Positions 48,546 through 58,795 of a stretch of 64,000 nucleotides of DNA are shown here, piece by piece. A model generated the notes under the pieces. It did not search any database, had not been told where the DNA came from, and was given only the letters and a program-made list of their open reading frames with translations. Numbering within the stretch: the first letter of the stretch is position 1; every line of letters begins with the position of its first letter. The translations under genes and the position numbers were made by a program. Source of the DNA: Trueperaceae bacterium (GTDB lineage Bacteria > Deinococcota > Deinococci > Deinococcales > Trueperaceae); assembly GCA_965213705.1 (NCBI GenBank), contig OZ243913.1, positions 1,216,001-1,280,000 of the forward strand. Direction: 5' to 3'.

Positions 48546-49709
48546 ATGACCTTGGCGAACCAACTTGAGCAACTCCACACCCTGAACGAACTCGGCGCGA
48601 TTCTCAACCGCGAGCCCGACTTCGCCGCGGCCCTGGCCCCTGCCTTGGCGCGGCTTGTCGAATTGCTGGGCCTCAGCACGGGCTGGGTGTTCTTGAGCAC
48701 GGTGACCACGGGCGACGCGCACCGGGGCGGGTTCAGGCTTGCCGCCCACAATGATTTGCCGTCGGCACTGAACGCTGACGACCGAGCACCACTGTGTGAG
48801 GGCAGCTGCGAGTGCCAGGGTTTGTTCCGGCGGCGGGAACTCGACGCAGGCGTGAACATGGTCGTTTGCAGCCGCTTGAAGGGCGCGACCGGCGACACCC
48901 GCGGCCTGAAAGTTCACGCTAGTGTACCCCTGCTCGGCACCGACGGTCCCGTCGGCATCCTCAACTTAGCGGCGGCGGACAACAAGCGGTTTACCGAAGA
49001 ACGCTTGGCTTTTTTGACCGCGGTGGGACGTCAGCTCGGCACGACCCTCGAGCGCTCGCGCTTGCAAGAGGCGCACACCCGCGAAGCGCGCTACATGGCA
49101 ATGTTGGAAGAGCGGCAGCGCCTAGCCCTCACCATGCACGACTCGGTCACGCAGCTTTTGTTCGCCGCCGACCTGTCTTTGAGCGTCGCTCGCGAGCTTG
49201 ACGGGGAAGCTGAAGAGGGTGCGGAAAATAGCGTGCAACGTCTGCACCACATCGCGACCGCGCACGACGCGGTGCAAGGTGCCGTCGCGGAACTGCGCGG
49301 CCTCGTCGAGACGATGCGGCCCGCCGACTTGTCCCAAGGGCTCACAGCCGCGCTGACCCGCTTGGCGACGCGCGTGGCGGGAAGTATCAAGGTGCAGCTC
49401 GAGGCTGAAGACCTCGCTCTGCCCCTCGGCTACGAGGTCGAACTGTACCGCGTCGCCCAAGAGGCCGTCCACAACACGCTCCGGCACGCCGCGGCGCAAA
49501 ACCTGTGGCTCGAGCTGCGGGGTACGGCCGCAGGCGTCACGCTAAGCATCCGTGACGACGGCAAAGGTTTCGGGAAAACGCCGATCGGTCCCGGCCTGGC
49601 CGGGATGCGCGAGCGGGCGCTCGTTCTAGGAGGTCGCTTGTTGTTGGGCGAGGTGCCGCCGAACGGCAGCTTGGTCCGGATGGAGGTGCCGTGGCCACCA
49701 GGCTCCTGA
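48546..49709 (+). CDS. GAF-domain sensor histidine kinase (HisKA_3)
   Basis: GAF with Cys cluster (LCEGSCEC...CSRL), EERQRLA..MHDSV.Q, QEAVHN..RHA, DDGKGF. Confidence 0.9.
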   Translation: MTLANQLEQLHTLNELGAILNREPDFAAALAPALARLVELLGLSTGWVFLSTVTTGDAHRGGFRLAAHNDLPSALNADDRAPLCEGSCECQGLFRRRELDAGVNMVVCSRLKGATGDTRGLKVHASVPLLGTDGPVGILNLAAADNKRFTEERLAFLTAVGRQLGTTLERSRLQEAHTREARYMAMLEERQRLALTMHDSVTQLLFAADLSLSVARELDGEAEEGAENSVQRLHHIATAHDAVQGAVAELRGLVETMRPADLSQGLTAALTRLATRVAGSIKVQLEAEDLALPLGYEVELYRVAQEAVHNTLRHAAAQNLWLELRGTAAGVTLSIRDDGKGFGKTPIGPGLAGMRERALVLGGRLLLGEVPPNGSLVRMEVPWPPGS

Positions 49710-50305
49710 TTGTCGACGACCACCCGATTGTGCGCGAAGGTCTCAAGGCTTTTCTCGGTTTACAGGCCGACTTGGAAATCGTGGGCGAAACGGGCAGCGC
49801 CCATGAAGGCCTCGAGCTGGCCCGGAGCCTGTCGCCTCACCTCATCCTCCTCGACGTGCAACTAACCGACGGAAGCGGTTTGTCCATCCTGGCCGACCTG
49901 TTGGCGTTGGACCCGAAACCGCGCGTGCTCGTCCTCACGAGCTTCGCCGACGAAGCCTATATCCGTGAGGCGATGCGCAAGGGCGCGTCGGGCTTTTTGC
50001 TCAAACATGCCGGCCCGAAAAGCCTGCTCGACGGCGTTCGCGCGGTACTGAGGGGCGAGCTGCCGCTGGACGCCGACGTCGTGAGGGTGTTAACACGACC
50101 CGACGACGACCCTCTGCAGGTTCTCACCCCGCGCGAGGGCGACGTGCTCCGCCTGGTCGCGGCAGGCTTGACCAACCGCCAAGTTGCCACCGAGTTGGGC
50201 ATTGCGGAGAAAACCGTCAAAACGCACGCGACGAGCGTGTTCGCCAAACTTGGCGTCCGTGACCGCACCCAAGCCGCGCTCTACGCTAAAGAAAGGGGAT
50301 GGTAG
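49691..50305 (+). CDS. NarL/LuxR-family response regulator
   Basis: VDDH..VREG, LLD, LTSF, LTPRE...TVKTH. Confidence 0.93.
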   Translation: MATRLLIVDDHPIVREGLKAFLGLQADLEIVGETGSAHEGLELARSLSPHLILLDVQLTDGSGLSILADLLALDPKPRVLVLTSFADEAYIREAMRKGASGFLLKHAGPKSLLDGVRAVLRGELPLDADVVRVLTRPDDDPLQVLTPREGDVLRLVAAGLTNRQVATELGIAEKTVKTHATSVFAKLGVRDRTQAALYAKERGW

Positions 50306-50447
50306 CGGAGATGCGAGGTGCAAGCCTTTGACTCTACTCCCCTACGCTTCACCTTCTCGCTACGACAAAAGTCCCAGTCGACCCTCAGACCAGGGCCCCA
50401 AGACGGTTCGGCGTTGCCTCTCTAAACTGACCAGCAGGAGGCAAGGC

Positions 50448-51179
50448 ATGAAAACAGCTCTCATCACGGGTGCCAGCCGAGGTTTGGGGCAGGTGCTGGC
50501 GAACTTACTTGCCCTGCAGGGTTACAAGCTCATCGTCAGCGCGCGGGGCGAGGCTGCGCTCGAGCGCAGCGCCGAGCCGTGGCGCGAGCACACCGAGGTC
50601 GACGTCATAGCGGGTGACGTCGTGGACGAAGCCCACCGCCGCGCCCTGGCCACAGCGGCCTCAAGCGGCCTGGACGTGCTCATCAACAACGCCTCGAGCC
50701 TGGGGCCGACACCTCTGCCGGCGCTCGCCGAAACCGATTTGGAAGGCTTGCGGCAGCTTTACGACACCAACCTTTTCGCGCCCTTGGCCCTGATTCAGGC
50801 GACCCTGCCGCAGCTCGAAAAGCGCGGCGGCCTCGTCGTCAACCTTACGTCGGACGCCGCCGTCGGCGGCTACGAGGGCTGGGGCGGGTACGGCTCGAGC
50901 AAGGCCGCGCTCGACCTCGTCTCGAAGACTTTGGCCGCCGAACTGTCGATCCGCGGCGTGAGTTGCGTCTCGGTCGACCCAGGCGACATGCGCACGCAGA
51001 TGCACCAGGACGCCTTTCCGGGCGAAGACATTTCAGACCGGCCACTCCCCGAGGTGACGCTGCCCTTTTGGCTGTGGCTTCTAAACCAGCGTCCCAGCGA
51101 CGTTTCGGGACAACGCTTCCGGGCGCAGGCAGCTACCTGGACACTTAACGAAAAAACGCAGGAAGTGTTCCCGGCATGA
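50448..51179 (+). CDS. Short-chain dehydrogenase/reductase
   Basis: TGASRGLG, INNAS, YGSSK, DPG; AGGAGG RBS. Confidence 0.92.
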   Translation: MKTALITGASRGLGQVLANLLALQGYKLIVSARGEAALERSAEPWREHTEVDVIAGDVVDEAHRRALATAASSGLDVLINNASSLGPTPLPALAETDLEGLRQLYDTNLFAPLALIQATLPQLEKRGGLVVNLTSDAAVGGYEGWGGYGSSKAALDLVSKTLAAELSIRGVSCVSVDPGDMRTQMHQDAFPGEDISDRPLPEVTLPFWLWLLNQRPSDVSGQRFRAQAATWTLNEKTQEVFPA

Positions 51180-52300
51180 CCCCGACACGGGATTTGGCAG
51201 GACGGAACTCAACAGGGCAAAGTTCGGCGGTACAGACCTCGAGCCCAAAAATTTCGACTCTAAAAAAGTTGACCGTGCAAGACCTGACCTTCGAGCGGCC
51301 CGACGCGCTGCAGGCGACCCGGCCACCCGAACTGCGCGGCGCGGGCCGGGACGACGTGCAACTGCTGGTGAGCAGGCCCAAAGGCCACACGCACGCACAC
51401 TTCACACAACTTCCGCGGTTTTTACGCCCCGGCGACCTGCTTGTGGTGAACGACAGCGCCACGCTGCCCGCGAGCTTGAGCGTGCAAGGTGCTTGGGGAG
51501 GGTTTACCCTCAACCTCTCGACCCGTTACGGTGCCCAGCTCTGGCTGGCCGAGCCGCGCTGGAGCCCGAGCCGCCCCGGCCCGCTGCCTTTGGAGGTTGG
51601 GCAAATTCTCGAGGTGGCAGGTTTGGAGGCTCGAGTGCTTGCCCCTCATCCCAAGTTGCCGCGCCTCTGGTTTGTAGCGTTCGAGGGTGATGTTGAGGCG
51701 GCCATGAACCGTTACGGCGCGCCGATTCGTTACGCTTACGTGCCGGACGTTTTCGGCCGCGAGACCTACCAAACGGTGTTCGCGGCGCGACCCGGCAGCG
51801 CCGAAATGCCCTCGGCGGGCCGCCCCTTCAGCCTCGAGCTGGTGAGAGACCTGGGGCGCGGCAGCGTCGAACTCGCTACTGTCACGCTGCACACCGGGGT
51901 GAGCAGTCTGGAGGTGGAGCCCGACCTGGAAAACCACACTCTCTACGCCGAGCCCTTCGAGGTGTCCGCCGCGACGGCCCTACAGGTCAACACGACTCGG
52001 GCCGCGGGGCGGCGCGTCATCGCGGTCGGCACGACGGTGGTGAGGGCCTTGGAGTCCGCTTTTACAGGCTCACAAGTAGCAGCAACCAGAGGCTTTACCC
52101 AAGCGTTTGTGCGCCCCGGCAGCTACGCCGGGACCGTGGACGGCCTGCTGACCGGCTTTCACGACCCGCGGGCGAGCCACCTCGCCATGCTCTACGCCGT
52201 CGCAGGACGAGAACTGATTCAAAGTGCCTACGCCGAGGCGGCGGGAAACGGCTACCTGTGGCACGAATTTGGCGACAGCCACCTCATCCTCACGCGCTGA
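51176..52300 (+). CDS. QueA-like SAM:tRNA ribosyltransferase-isomerase family protein
   Basis: GDLLVVNDSAT, YQTVFA..PGSAEMPSAG, TLHTG, IAVGTT.VRALE, LLTGFH, FGDS. Confidence 0.85.
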   Translation: MTPTRDLAGRNSTGQSSAVQTSSPKISTLKKLTVQDLTFERPDALQATRPPELRGAGRDDVQLLVSRPKGHTHAHFTQLPRFLRPGDLLVVNDSATLPASLSVQGAWGGFTLNLSTRYGAQLWLAEPRWSPSRPGPLPLEVGQILEVAGLEARVLAPHPKLPRLWFVAFEGDVEAAMNRYGAPIRYAYVPDVFGRETYQTVFAARPGSAEMPSAGRPFSLELVRDLGRGSVELATVTLHTGVSSLEVEPDLENHTLYAEPFEVSAATALQVNTTRAAGRRVIAVGTTVVRALESAFTGSQVAATRGFTQAFVRPGSYAGTVDGLLTGFHDPRASHLAMLYAVAGRELIQSAYAEAAGNGYLWHEFGDSHLILTR

Positions 52301-52462
52301 ACGCGGATGTCAAGCAGGCCGTCTCGGTTGTTACGGACAGTTCGCCGGATTGACTCACCCTACTCGGCACTCGACTGAGGCTGTTCGCTTTACGGACCTG
52401 GACGCCGAATGCGATAGCTGTCCTTGCGGAGCTTGTGTCCTTACGGTCCCCTTTCTTACACA

Positions 52463-53590
52463 CTAGCCAGCTATAGACGTCGAAACGCTCACCTTGCCCG
52501 CCACCACCGCGTGTTTCGCGCCGGTCGCGCTGGGCAGGGTGCTTGAAAGTCCAAGCAGCCTTTGGTACGCCATTATTCCAAAGGCCAAAGCTTCGCGATC
52601 ACGCGACTTGTAACCTAACTCCTCAAAGGTTGTGACCGGGGCAAAAAGATGATCTCTCAGCATCGCCATCAGCGTCTCATTAAGTGCGCCGCCCCCGGCC
52701 ACGAGAATTTCGTCGACCTCTCCAACATACCGGTCGTAAGCTCGGGCGATGGAGTGAGCCGTGAAGGCGGTGAGCGTGGCGACAAGGTCGTTCGCTTTCA
52801 TGTCGTTATGCAAGTAACTATCTAATGCGTCCAGAGTAAAGGTCTCTCGCCCTGTTGTTTTGGGGAGTGGCAAGCTCAGGTAAGGATGTTTCATGAGTGC
52901 GTCCAGCGTGGGCACATGAACCCAACCGGAAGCGGCGATTTGGCCGCCCTCGTCATACTCGAGACCGTAGTGCCTTTTGACCGCTTCGTCGATGAGGCAG
53001 CTCGCGGGACCGGTATCGAAGGCGAAGACGTGCTCCGGGTCGCCGTCAGCTGGTAGGTAAGTTAGGTTGGAAATGCCGCCAAGATTATGCACAGTGCGAT
53101 CCTTACCCGCTTCACTGAACATTAGATAGTCCCCAAACGAGACCATCGGTGCCCCTTGACCGCCGGCGGCCATATCACTCTGACGGAAGTCGGACACCAC
53201 CGGGAGACCACACACTTCGGCGACCACGGCCGCCTCTCCAAGTTGCAGCGTGCTTGGTGTCTGCCAGTCCATGCTTTTGTCGACCCTTGGAATGTGGCAA
53301 ACCGTCTGGCCCGAGAGGGCAACGGCGTCGAAAGCGTACGCCGCTCGCATCTCCATTACGAGGTTTGCTTACGCATTCCCTATCTCTCTATGCACTTCGG
53401 TGATGAGCAGAACACGCGAGCGTTCGGGCTTCAGACATTGCAAAATCCGTTCTCGCAACTTTGATGGGTAGTTTCGACTGAGCCTAGCCACAACGTGCCA
53501 GTTCAATTTGCCCCCAGCCAACGCGAAAGTCGCGAGCACCGTGTCAATACCGTCTGCCGACGTTCCTGACATGAGACTCAGAATATTCAC
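52463..53590 (-). pseudogene. anmK: Anhydro-N-acetylmuramic acid kinase with in-frame TAA at 53371-53369
   Basis: LMSGTSADGID, SGQTV.H, TLQLG, DFR..D.AAGGQGAP, NLGGISN, FDTGP, PKTTGRE; both ORFs share one frame. Confidence 0.9.
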
Positions 53591-53608
53591 CCCCACACGT
53601 TCGTTCGA

Positions 53609-53656
53609 ATATTGTATACCTTTACAATACCACTCTTGACCTAATTGGTATAAATG
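53609..53656. promoter_or_regulatory. Divergent promoter with candidate GntR/HutC-type boxes
   Basis: TTGTATACC, ACAATACCA and TTGGTATAAA repeats between anmK and the ABC operon. Confidence 0.4.
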
Positions 53657-53696
53657 CGGTACAGTCGCAGCCAACCTAACAAAGGAGGAATCGTCT

Positions 53697-55178
53697 ATGA
53701 AGAGATGCCTGCTGATCGCGTTTATGCTCCTGGGGTTCGGCTTCGCCCAAACGGGTACCCTCGAAATTGCCGTAGACCAGTCCCCGGTCGGACTCGACCC
53801 CCACGTAGTCACCGCCTTCAGCTCGTTCGCCGTGTTAAGTCAGATATACGACGGCCTCGTAGAGACCAACGCAGAGTTACAGGTCGAACCTGCGCTGGCC
53901 GAAAGCTGGGACCTTAGTGAAGACGGGCTCACCTACACGTTTGACCTGCGAGACGGTGTCACTTTTCATAACGGTCGCGCGATGACGGCGGACGATGTTG
54001 TTTATTCGTATGAGCGCGTAATGGACGAGGAGACGGGCTCCCCGCAGGCCAGCCGCTTTAGTCAGGTCGTGAGCGCTGTAGCCGTGGACGACGACACCGT
54101 TGTGTTTACACTTAGCGAACCGTTTGCACCTTTCTTGGTCAACACGGCCAACCTAAGCGTCGTGCCACGTGAAGTCGCCGAGAATGAAGACTTAAACCAG
54201 GTCGCAGTCGGCACCGGTCCGTTCACGCTCGCAGAAGTAGTGCCTGACACTTATGTGCTGCTCGAGGCTTACCCCGACTACTACCGCGAGGGTGAACCTG
54301 GCGTCGCTGCGCTTCGCTACAACGTCGTCCCCGAAGCGTCGACCCGCGCGGCGGGCCTGCGCAACGGCACCTATCAGCTCCTGCCCGACGTCGACCCAGC
54401 CACCGCCCTCACCCTGGCGAACGTGCCCGACGTAAGCGTTCTCAGCACCCAAGACCTCGCCTACAGCCTCTTGGGGCTCAACACGACCGTCACGCCCTTT
54501 AACGACCCGCGCGTTCGGGAAGCTATCAACCTGATTATCGACCGCAACGAAATAATCGAGGCCGTCTATTTTGGGGAGGCGGTACCAGGTGGTCCGCTGA
54601 GCCCAGGTTTAAGTGACTGGGCCGAGGACGTGAGCTCCTTTGAGTGCTACGCCCCCGACGTCGACCGGGCAAAAGCGTTGCTCGAGGAGGCGGGCGCCTC
54701 GGACCTCAGCATGAACATCCTGACCTTCGGCACCAACAAGATCGTGTCCGACGCCGCGCAGGTCATCCAGGCGCAACTCGTGGACGCGGGAATCGACGCG
54801 ACGGTCGACGTCGAGGAGTTTGGCACCTTCGTACAGCGCTGGCAAAACAGCGACTTTGACGCATTCGTGAGCCTCAACGGCGGCAGCGCCGACCCCGACG
54901 GTTACCTGTACCGCACGTTTCACACGGACGGCGCGACGAACGTTTACAAGTTTAGCGACGCCGACACCGACGCGCTTTTGGACCAGGGGCGCACCGAAAC
55001 CACGTTCGACGCGCGCAAAGCCACCTACAACGAGCTTCAGGAGCGGCTGGCCTGCACGGGTCCCGTCGTCCACGTGGCTTACGGCACCCTGCTGTCGGCC
55101 CTGCGGGCCGAGGTCGAGGGTTTCGAGCAGATGCCGACGCGCAGTCTAATCTCGCTGCGCAATGTGACCCTGCAGTAG
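53697..55178 (+). CDS. Peptide ABC substrate-binding protein (family 5)
   Basis: Signal peptide ..GFA-Q, LDP, PALAESW, LRDGVTFHNG, GTGPF. Confidence 0.93.
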   Translation: MKRCLLIAFMLLGFGFAQTGTLEIAVDQSPVGLDPHVVTAFSSFAVLSQIYDGLVETNAELQVEPALAESWDLSEDGLTYTFDLRDGVTFHNGRAMTADDVVYSYERVMDEETGSPQASRFSQVVSAVAVDDDTVVFTLSEPFAPFLVNTANLSVVPREVAENEDLNQVAVGTGPFTLAEVVPDTYVLLEAYPDYYREGEPGVAALRYNVVPEASTRAAGLRNGTYQLLPDVDPATALTLANVPDVSVLSTQDLAYSLLGLNTTVTPFNDPRVREAINLIIDRNEIIEAVYFGEAVPGGPLSPGLSDWAEDVSSFECYAPDVDRAKALLEEAGASDLSMNILTFGTNKIVSDAAQVIQAQLVDAGIDATVDVEEFGTFVQRWQNSDFDAFVSLNGGSADPDGYLYRTFHTDGATNVYKFSDADTDALLDQGRTETTFDARKATYNELQERLACTGPVVHVAYGTLLSALRAEVEGFEQMPTRSLISLRNVTLQ

Positions 55179-55185
55179 TTGGAAA

Positions 55186-55212
55186 GGGCTGGCCTGACCA
55201 ACCGGCCAGCCC
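55186..55212 (+). terminator. Hairpin after the SBP gene
   Basis: GGGCTGGCC-9 nt-GGCCAGCCC. Confidence 0.55.
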
Positions 55213-55297
55213 GCCCTTATCTTGTCTCCTGTTTTTCACAAGTGTTTGAGAAAGCTGACGGGTCTTCGAAAGGATTGACGCTGAGAAAGCCCACCAA

Positions 55298-56248
55298 GTG
55301 ACCAGTTACATCGTCAAGCGCCTGCTCGACCTCCTGTTCGTCCTGTTCGGCGTGTCGCTTCTCGTTTTCTTGATGCTCCGCTTTATCCCCGGCGACGCGG
55401 TCCAGATCATGCTCGGTGCCAACGTCGATATTAGCGCCCAGCGGGTCGAGGCGCTGAGGCGTCAGTTGGGGCTCGACCTACCTGTCTACCAGCAGTACGC
55501 GGAGTGGTTGGCCGGAATAGTCCGCGGTGACCTCGGCACGAGCATCTGGACTGGGCAGCCTGTGAGTAAGGAGATTTTCTCGCGGCTCCCTGTCACCTTG
55601 GAGATAACGCTGCTCGCGCTTTTCTTCGCGCTGCTCGTTAGCTTTCCGCTCGGGGTGCTCGCTGCCCAGACACGCGGCACCTGGGCTGATACGGTCGTAC
55701 GCGTTTTGTCGATCGTCGGTTTGACGTTGCCCTCGTTTTGGGTCGGGGTGCTACTGCTCTACTTCGTAAGTGTGCGCTTCCCCAGTTTCCCGGCTATAGG
55801 CTACGTGCCGTTCGCAACGGACCCCGTTGGCAACCTAGCGCGGCTCAGCCTGCCGGTCGTGGCGGTCTCACTCCCCATGATCGCGGGGCTGAGCCGCATC
55901 TTACGCTCGAGCCTCCTGGAGGTCATGAGCGCCGACTATATCCGCACGGCGAGGGCGAAGGGCATCAGGAAGCAAACGCTTCTCTATAAACACGCCCTGC
56001 GCAACGCGCTCATCCCCGTCGTCACCATCATCGGCGTGCAGATAGGCTACCTGCTGAGCGGCGTGGTGGTTATCGAGCAGGTTTTTGCTATCCCCGGTCT
56101 CGGGCGCCTTATCATAGGCGCGGTAAACGAGCGGAACTATCCCCTGGTGCAGGGAACCATTCTCGTGATTACGCTCGTGTTCGTGCTCGTCAACCTGCTG
56201 GTCGACCTGGCTTATGCGTGGATCGACCCGCGCGTGGAGTACGCATGA
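55298..56248 (+). CDS. Peptide ABC permease (OppB-like)
   Basis: PGD, GDLG.S, DYIRTARAKG, IEQVF.IPG.G. Confidence 0.93.
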   Translation: MTSYIVKRLLDLLFVLFGVSLLVFLMLRFIPGDAVQIMLGANVDISAQRVEALRRQLGLDLPVYQQYAEWLAGIVRGDLGTSIWTGQPVSKEIFSRLPVTLEITLLALFFALLVSFPLGVLAAQTRGTWADTVVRVLSIVGLTLPSFWVGVLLLYFVSVRFPSFPAIGYVPFATDPVGNLARLSLPVVAVSLPMIAGLSRILRSSLLEVMSADYIRTARAKGIRKQTLLYKHALRNALIPVVTIIGVQIGYLLSGVVVIEQVFAIPGLGRLIIGAVNERNYPLVQGTILVITLVFVLVNLLVDLAYAWIDPRVEYA

Positions 56249-57093
56249 CCCAGAGAAGTACAGGTCAGGTCGTGCGCAAACTGGTACGCAACCAAGTCGG
56301 GTTTATCGGTTTCTGCCTGAGCGCGCTCGTCGTGCTCCTCGCGCTTTTCGCGCCTCTTATCAGAACCCACACCCCCAGTGAGCAAAGTGTCCGCGACCGC
56401 TTCGAGGGGCCTAGCGCCGAGTATTTTTTGGGAACCGACAACTTCGGACGTGACCTCTACACGCGCTTGCTCTACGGTTACCGCACGAGCATTACCGTGG
56501 CGCTCGTGTCGGTCGGGCTCGCAACCCTTGTCGGCGGGGTGCTTGGTCTGCTCGCCGCTTTTTATGGCGACCTTGTTGACCGGGTGCTCATGCGCATCAT
56601 GGACGTGCTGCTCGCTTTTCCCATCATCCTCTTAGCTATTGGTGTGCTCGCCGTGCTCGGGCCGGGGACTTTTAACACCGCGCTCGCCATCGGCATCGTC
56701 TACACGCCGATATTTGCGCGCTTGGCTCGAGCACCTGCTCTTACCCTCTTGTCGTGGGATTACGTTGTCGCGGCTGCGGCGCTCGGCGCGTCTAGCAGGC
56801 GCATCCTTGCAAAACACATCGTCCCGAATATCCTCGCGCCAATCCTGGTACAGGTTACGCTGTCGCTTTCCACTGCCATTTTAGTCGAGGCGTCACTGTC
56901 GTTCCTAGGCTTGGGGACGCAGCCGCCTACCCCTTCGCTCGGGCTTATGCTCGCTGAAAGCCGCGACTACATGTTGATCTCGCCCTGGGTGTCCGTCTTT
57001 TCAGGGCTCGCTATCTTGCTTGCTTCACTCGGCTTCAACCTGTTTGGAGACGGACTGCGTGATCTTTTGGACCCGACCCTAAGGAATCTGTGA
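56245..57093 (+). CDS. Peptide ABC permease (OppC-like)
   Basis: LGTDNFGRD, YV.AA.ALGAS, LSFLGLG.QPP; ATGA overlap. Confidence 0.93.
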   Translation: MTQRSTGQVVRKLVRNQVGFIGFCLSALVVLLALFAPLIRTHTPSEQSVRDRFEGPSAEYFLGTDNFGRDLYTRLLYGYRTSITVALVSVGLATLVGGVLGLLAAFYGDLVDRVLMRIMDVLLAFPIILLAIGVLAVLGPGTFNTALAIGIVYTPIFARLARAPALTLLSWDYVVAAAALGASSRRILAKHIVPNILAPILVQVTLSLSTAILVEASLSFLGLGTQPPTPSLGLMLAESRDYMLISPWVSVFSGLAILLASLGFNLFGDGLRDLLDPTLRNL

Positions 57094-57103
57094 AGGCAAC
57101 CCT

Positions 57104-57949
57104 GTGACCTGGTTCGTCTTCGCTTTCGCAGCAGGTATAGCGAGCGCGGCCAACGTCTGGGCGTCCAAAGTCCTTGTAACCCGCGACCTCAAACCGATTA
57201 CCGTAGGGGGGGTGGTTCACGTATGGGCAGGGCTCCTTTGCCTGGCCGCCATGCCTTTTGTACCCCTCCGCGCCGAGCTGACCCCGCTGGTTCTCCTAGG
57301 TGTGTTGGGCATGGGATGTGTCTACGTTGTAGGGAACGCGCTCTACTTCACCGCGCTCAAGAAAGCGGAGCTTTCGGAGATCGACCTCTTCCTGAGAACG
57401 TCGTCGCTGTGGACGTTTCTTTTGGGTGTCGCGCTCTTGGGAGAGAGCGCTGCCTCAAGAACAATGCTGGGCGCAGCCCTCATTGTCAGCTCCGTCTTGC
57501 TCCTAACCAACCAACAGCGGCGCATCCGTTTCGACCGCGCGGGGCTGCTCGCGCTGGGCGCGGCTTTGGCGTTTGGCCTGGGCAACGTTGTTGATAAGGC
57601 GCTGAGCCCGTCTTTTGACGCGTTGAGCTACACGGTAGTCAACCTGCTTCTGACAGGATGCGGCATGTTGCTCATCGCCAGAGCACACTCTAGTGACCTC
57701 TTTACCCCCGAACTGCGCGGCAAAACCGCGCTTACGGTCAGCGCGACGTTTGCCCTCACGCAGCTTCTTATTATCCTGGCATTCGGAGCCGGAGGTACTG
57801 CGGGAGAGGTCATCTTAGTCGCGCAGGGCAGGTTGCTCATCCTTCTTGCCGTGGGCATCTTAGTATTGAAAGAGCGCAACCGCATCACCCGGAAGCTGGT
57901 CGCTGGCGTCATTATGTTGATGGGCATCGCCCTACTCAGCGCCGTCTGA
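57104..57949 (+). CDS. EamA/DMT-family transporter
   Basis: About ten hydrophobic helices in two repeats ending LLGE / LVLKE. Confidence 0.8.
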   Translation: MTWFVFAFAAGIASAANVWASKVLVTRDLKPITVGGVVHVWAGLLCLAAMPFVPLRAELTPLVLLGVLGMGCVYVVGNALYFTALKKAELSEIDLFLRTSSLWTFLLGVALLGESAASRTMLGAALIVSSVLLLTNQQRRIRFDRAGLLALGAALAFGLGNVVDKALSPSFDALSYTVVNLLLTGCGMLLIARAHSSDLFTPELRGKTALTVSATFALTQLLIILAFGAGGTAGEVILVAQGRLLILLAVGILVLKERNRITRKLVAGVIMLMGIALLSAV

Positions 57950-57959
57950 AGGGGAAGCT

Positions 57960-58700
57960 GTGCTCAAGACTTTATCTGTAGATTCCGAGGGCGACACGCC
58001 CGCATACCTTCAGCTTAGACAAAGCATTGTAAAGGCGATTCAGACAAATTCACTGAAACCTGGTGAGGCGCTTCCTTCTGAGCGAAAACTGGCCGATAGT
58101 TTAAGACTTTCGCGGATGACGGTGCGACGTGCCTTTAACGAACTTATTGAAGAGGGGATACTTGAACGCCGGCCCGGTTCGGGTACGTTTGTCAAGCCTC
58201 GCCGCGTCGAGCAGATGGTCGACCGCGTCCCCGGCTTTACGGACGAGGCGCAAAACTTGGGCATGAAGCCAATGAGCGTGGTTCTAAACGTCGAGCGTGA
58301 GGTGAGCGACGCCGACGTTTCACAGCACCTCGGTTTGAACGACGCAAAACTGTTTAAGCTCACACGGTTGAGGCTTACCGAGCAGGGACCCCTTGCCATA
58401 CAAACCGCCTTTTTACCCCCCGACTACGTCGACCTGTCGATGGACATTCTGAACCACACAGGAAGCTTGTACGCGACCTTGCAGCAACAGTTCGGTGTCT
58501 ACCCGTCGCGAGCCAAGCAGCGCATCACCGCACGTTTGCCAAGCCGGCACGAAGCGACCCTTTTGCAACTTGGCACAGGTGCTCCGGTGTTGGCGATGGA
58601 GCGGCTCACCTCAGACCAACATGGTCAGGCGATGGAGTTCGTCAGGAGCGCGTACAGCGGAGAGCAATATGAAATGTTGCTTGAACTCACGGCACCGTGA
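57960..58700 (+). CDS. GntR-family regulator (HutC/UTRA)
   Basis: LPSER.LA..L.LSRMTVRRA...G.GTFV plus UTRA domain. Confidence 0.92.
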   Translation: MLKTLSVDSEGDTPAYLQLRQSIVKAIQTNSLKPGEALPSERKLADSLRLSRMTVRRAFNELIEEGILERRPGSGTFVKPRRVEQMVDRVPGFTDEAQNLGMKPMSVVLNVEREVSDADVSQHLGLNDAKLFKLTRLRLTEQGPLAIQTAFLPPDYVDLSMDILNHTGSLYATLQQQFGVYPSRAKQRITARLPSRHEATLLQLGTGAPVLAMERLTSDQHGQAMEFVRSAYSGEQYEMLLELTAP

Positions 58701-58795
58701 CGAGGAAAGACGATACCGCTAAATATCCGGGGGTGCTCGGTTTCGAGGGGCAGTGGGTAATGTGCCAGAGCGAGTAATCCCCATTAACAGCAGCT

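Noticed and set aside
51176..52300. Calling this gene canonical queA
   Set aside because: Variant motifs and no tgt/que context; left as QueA-like
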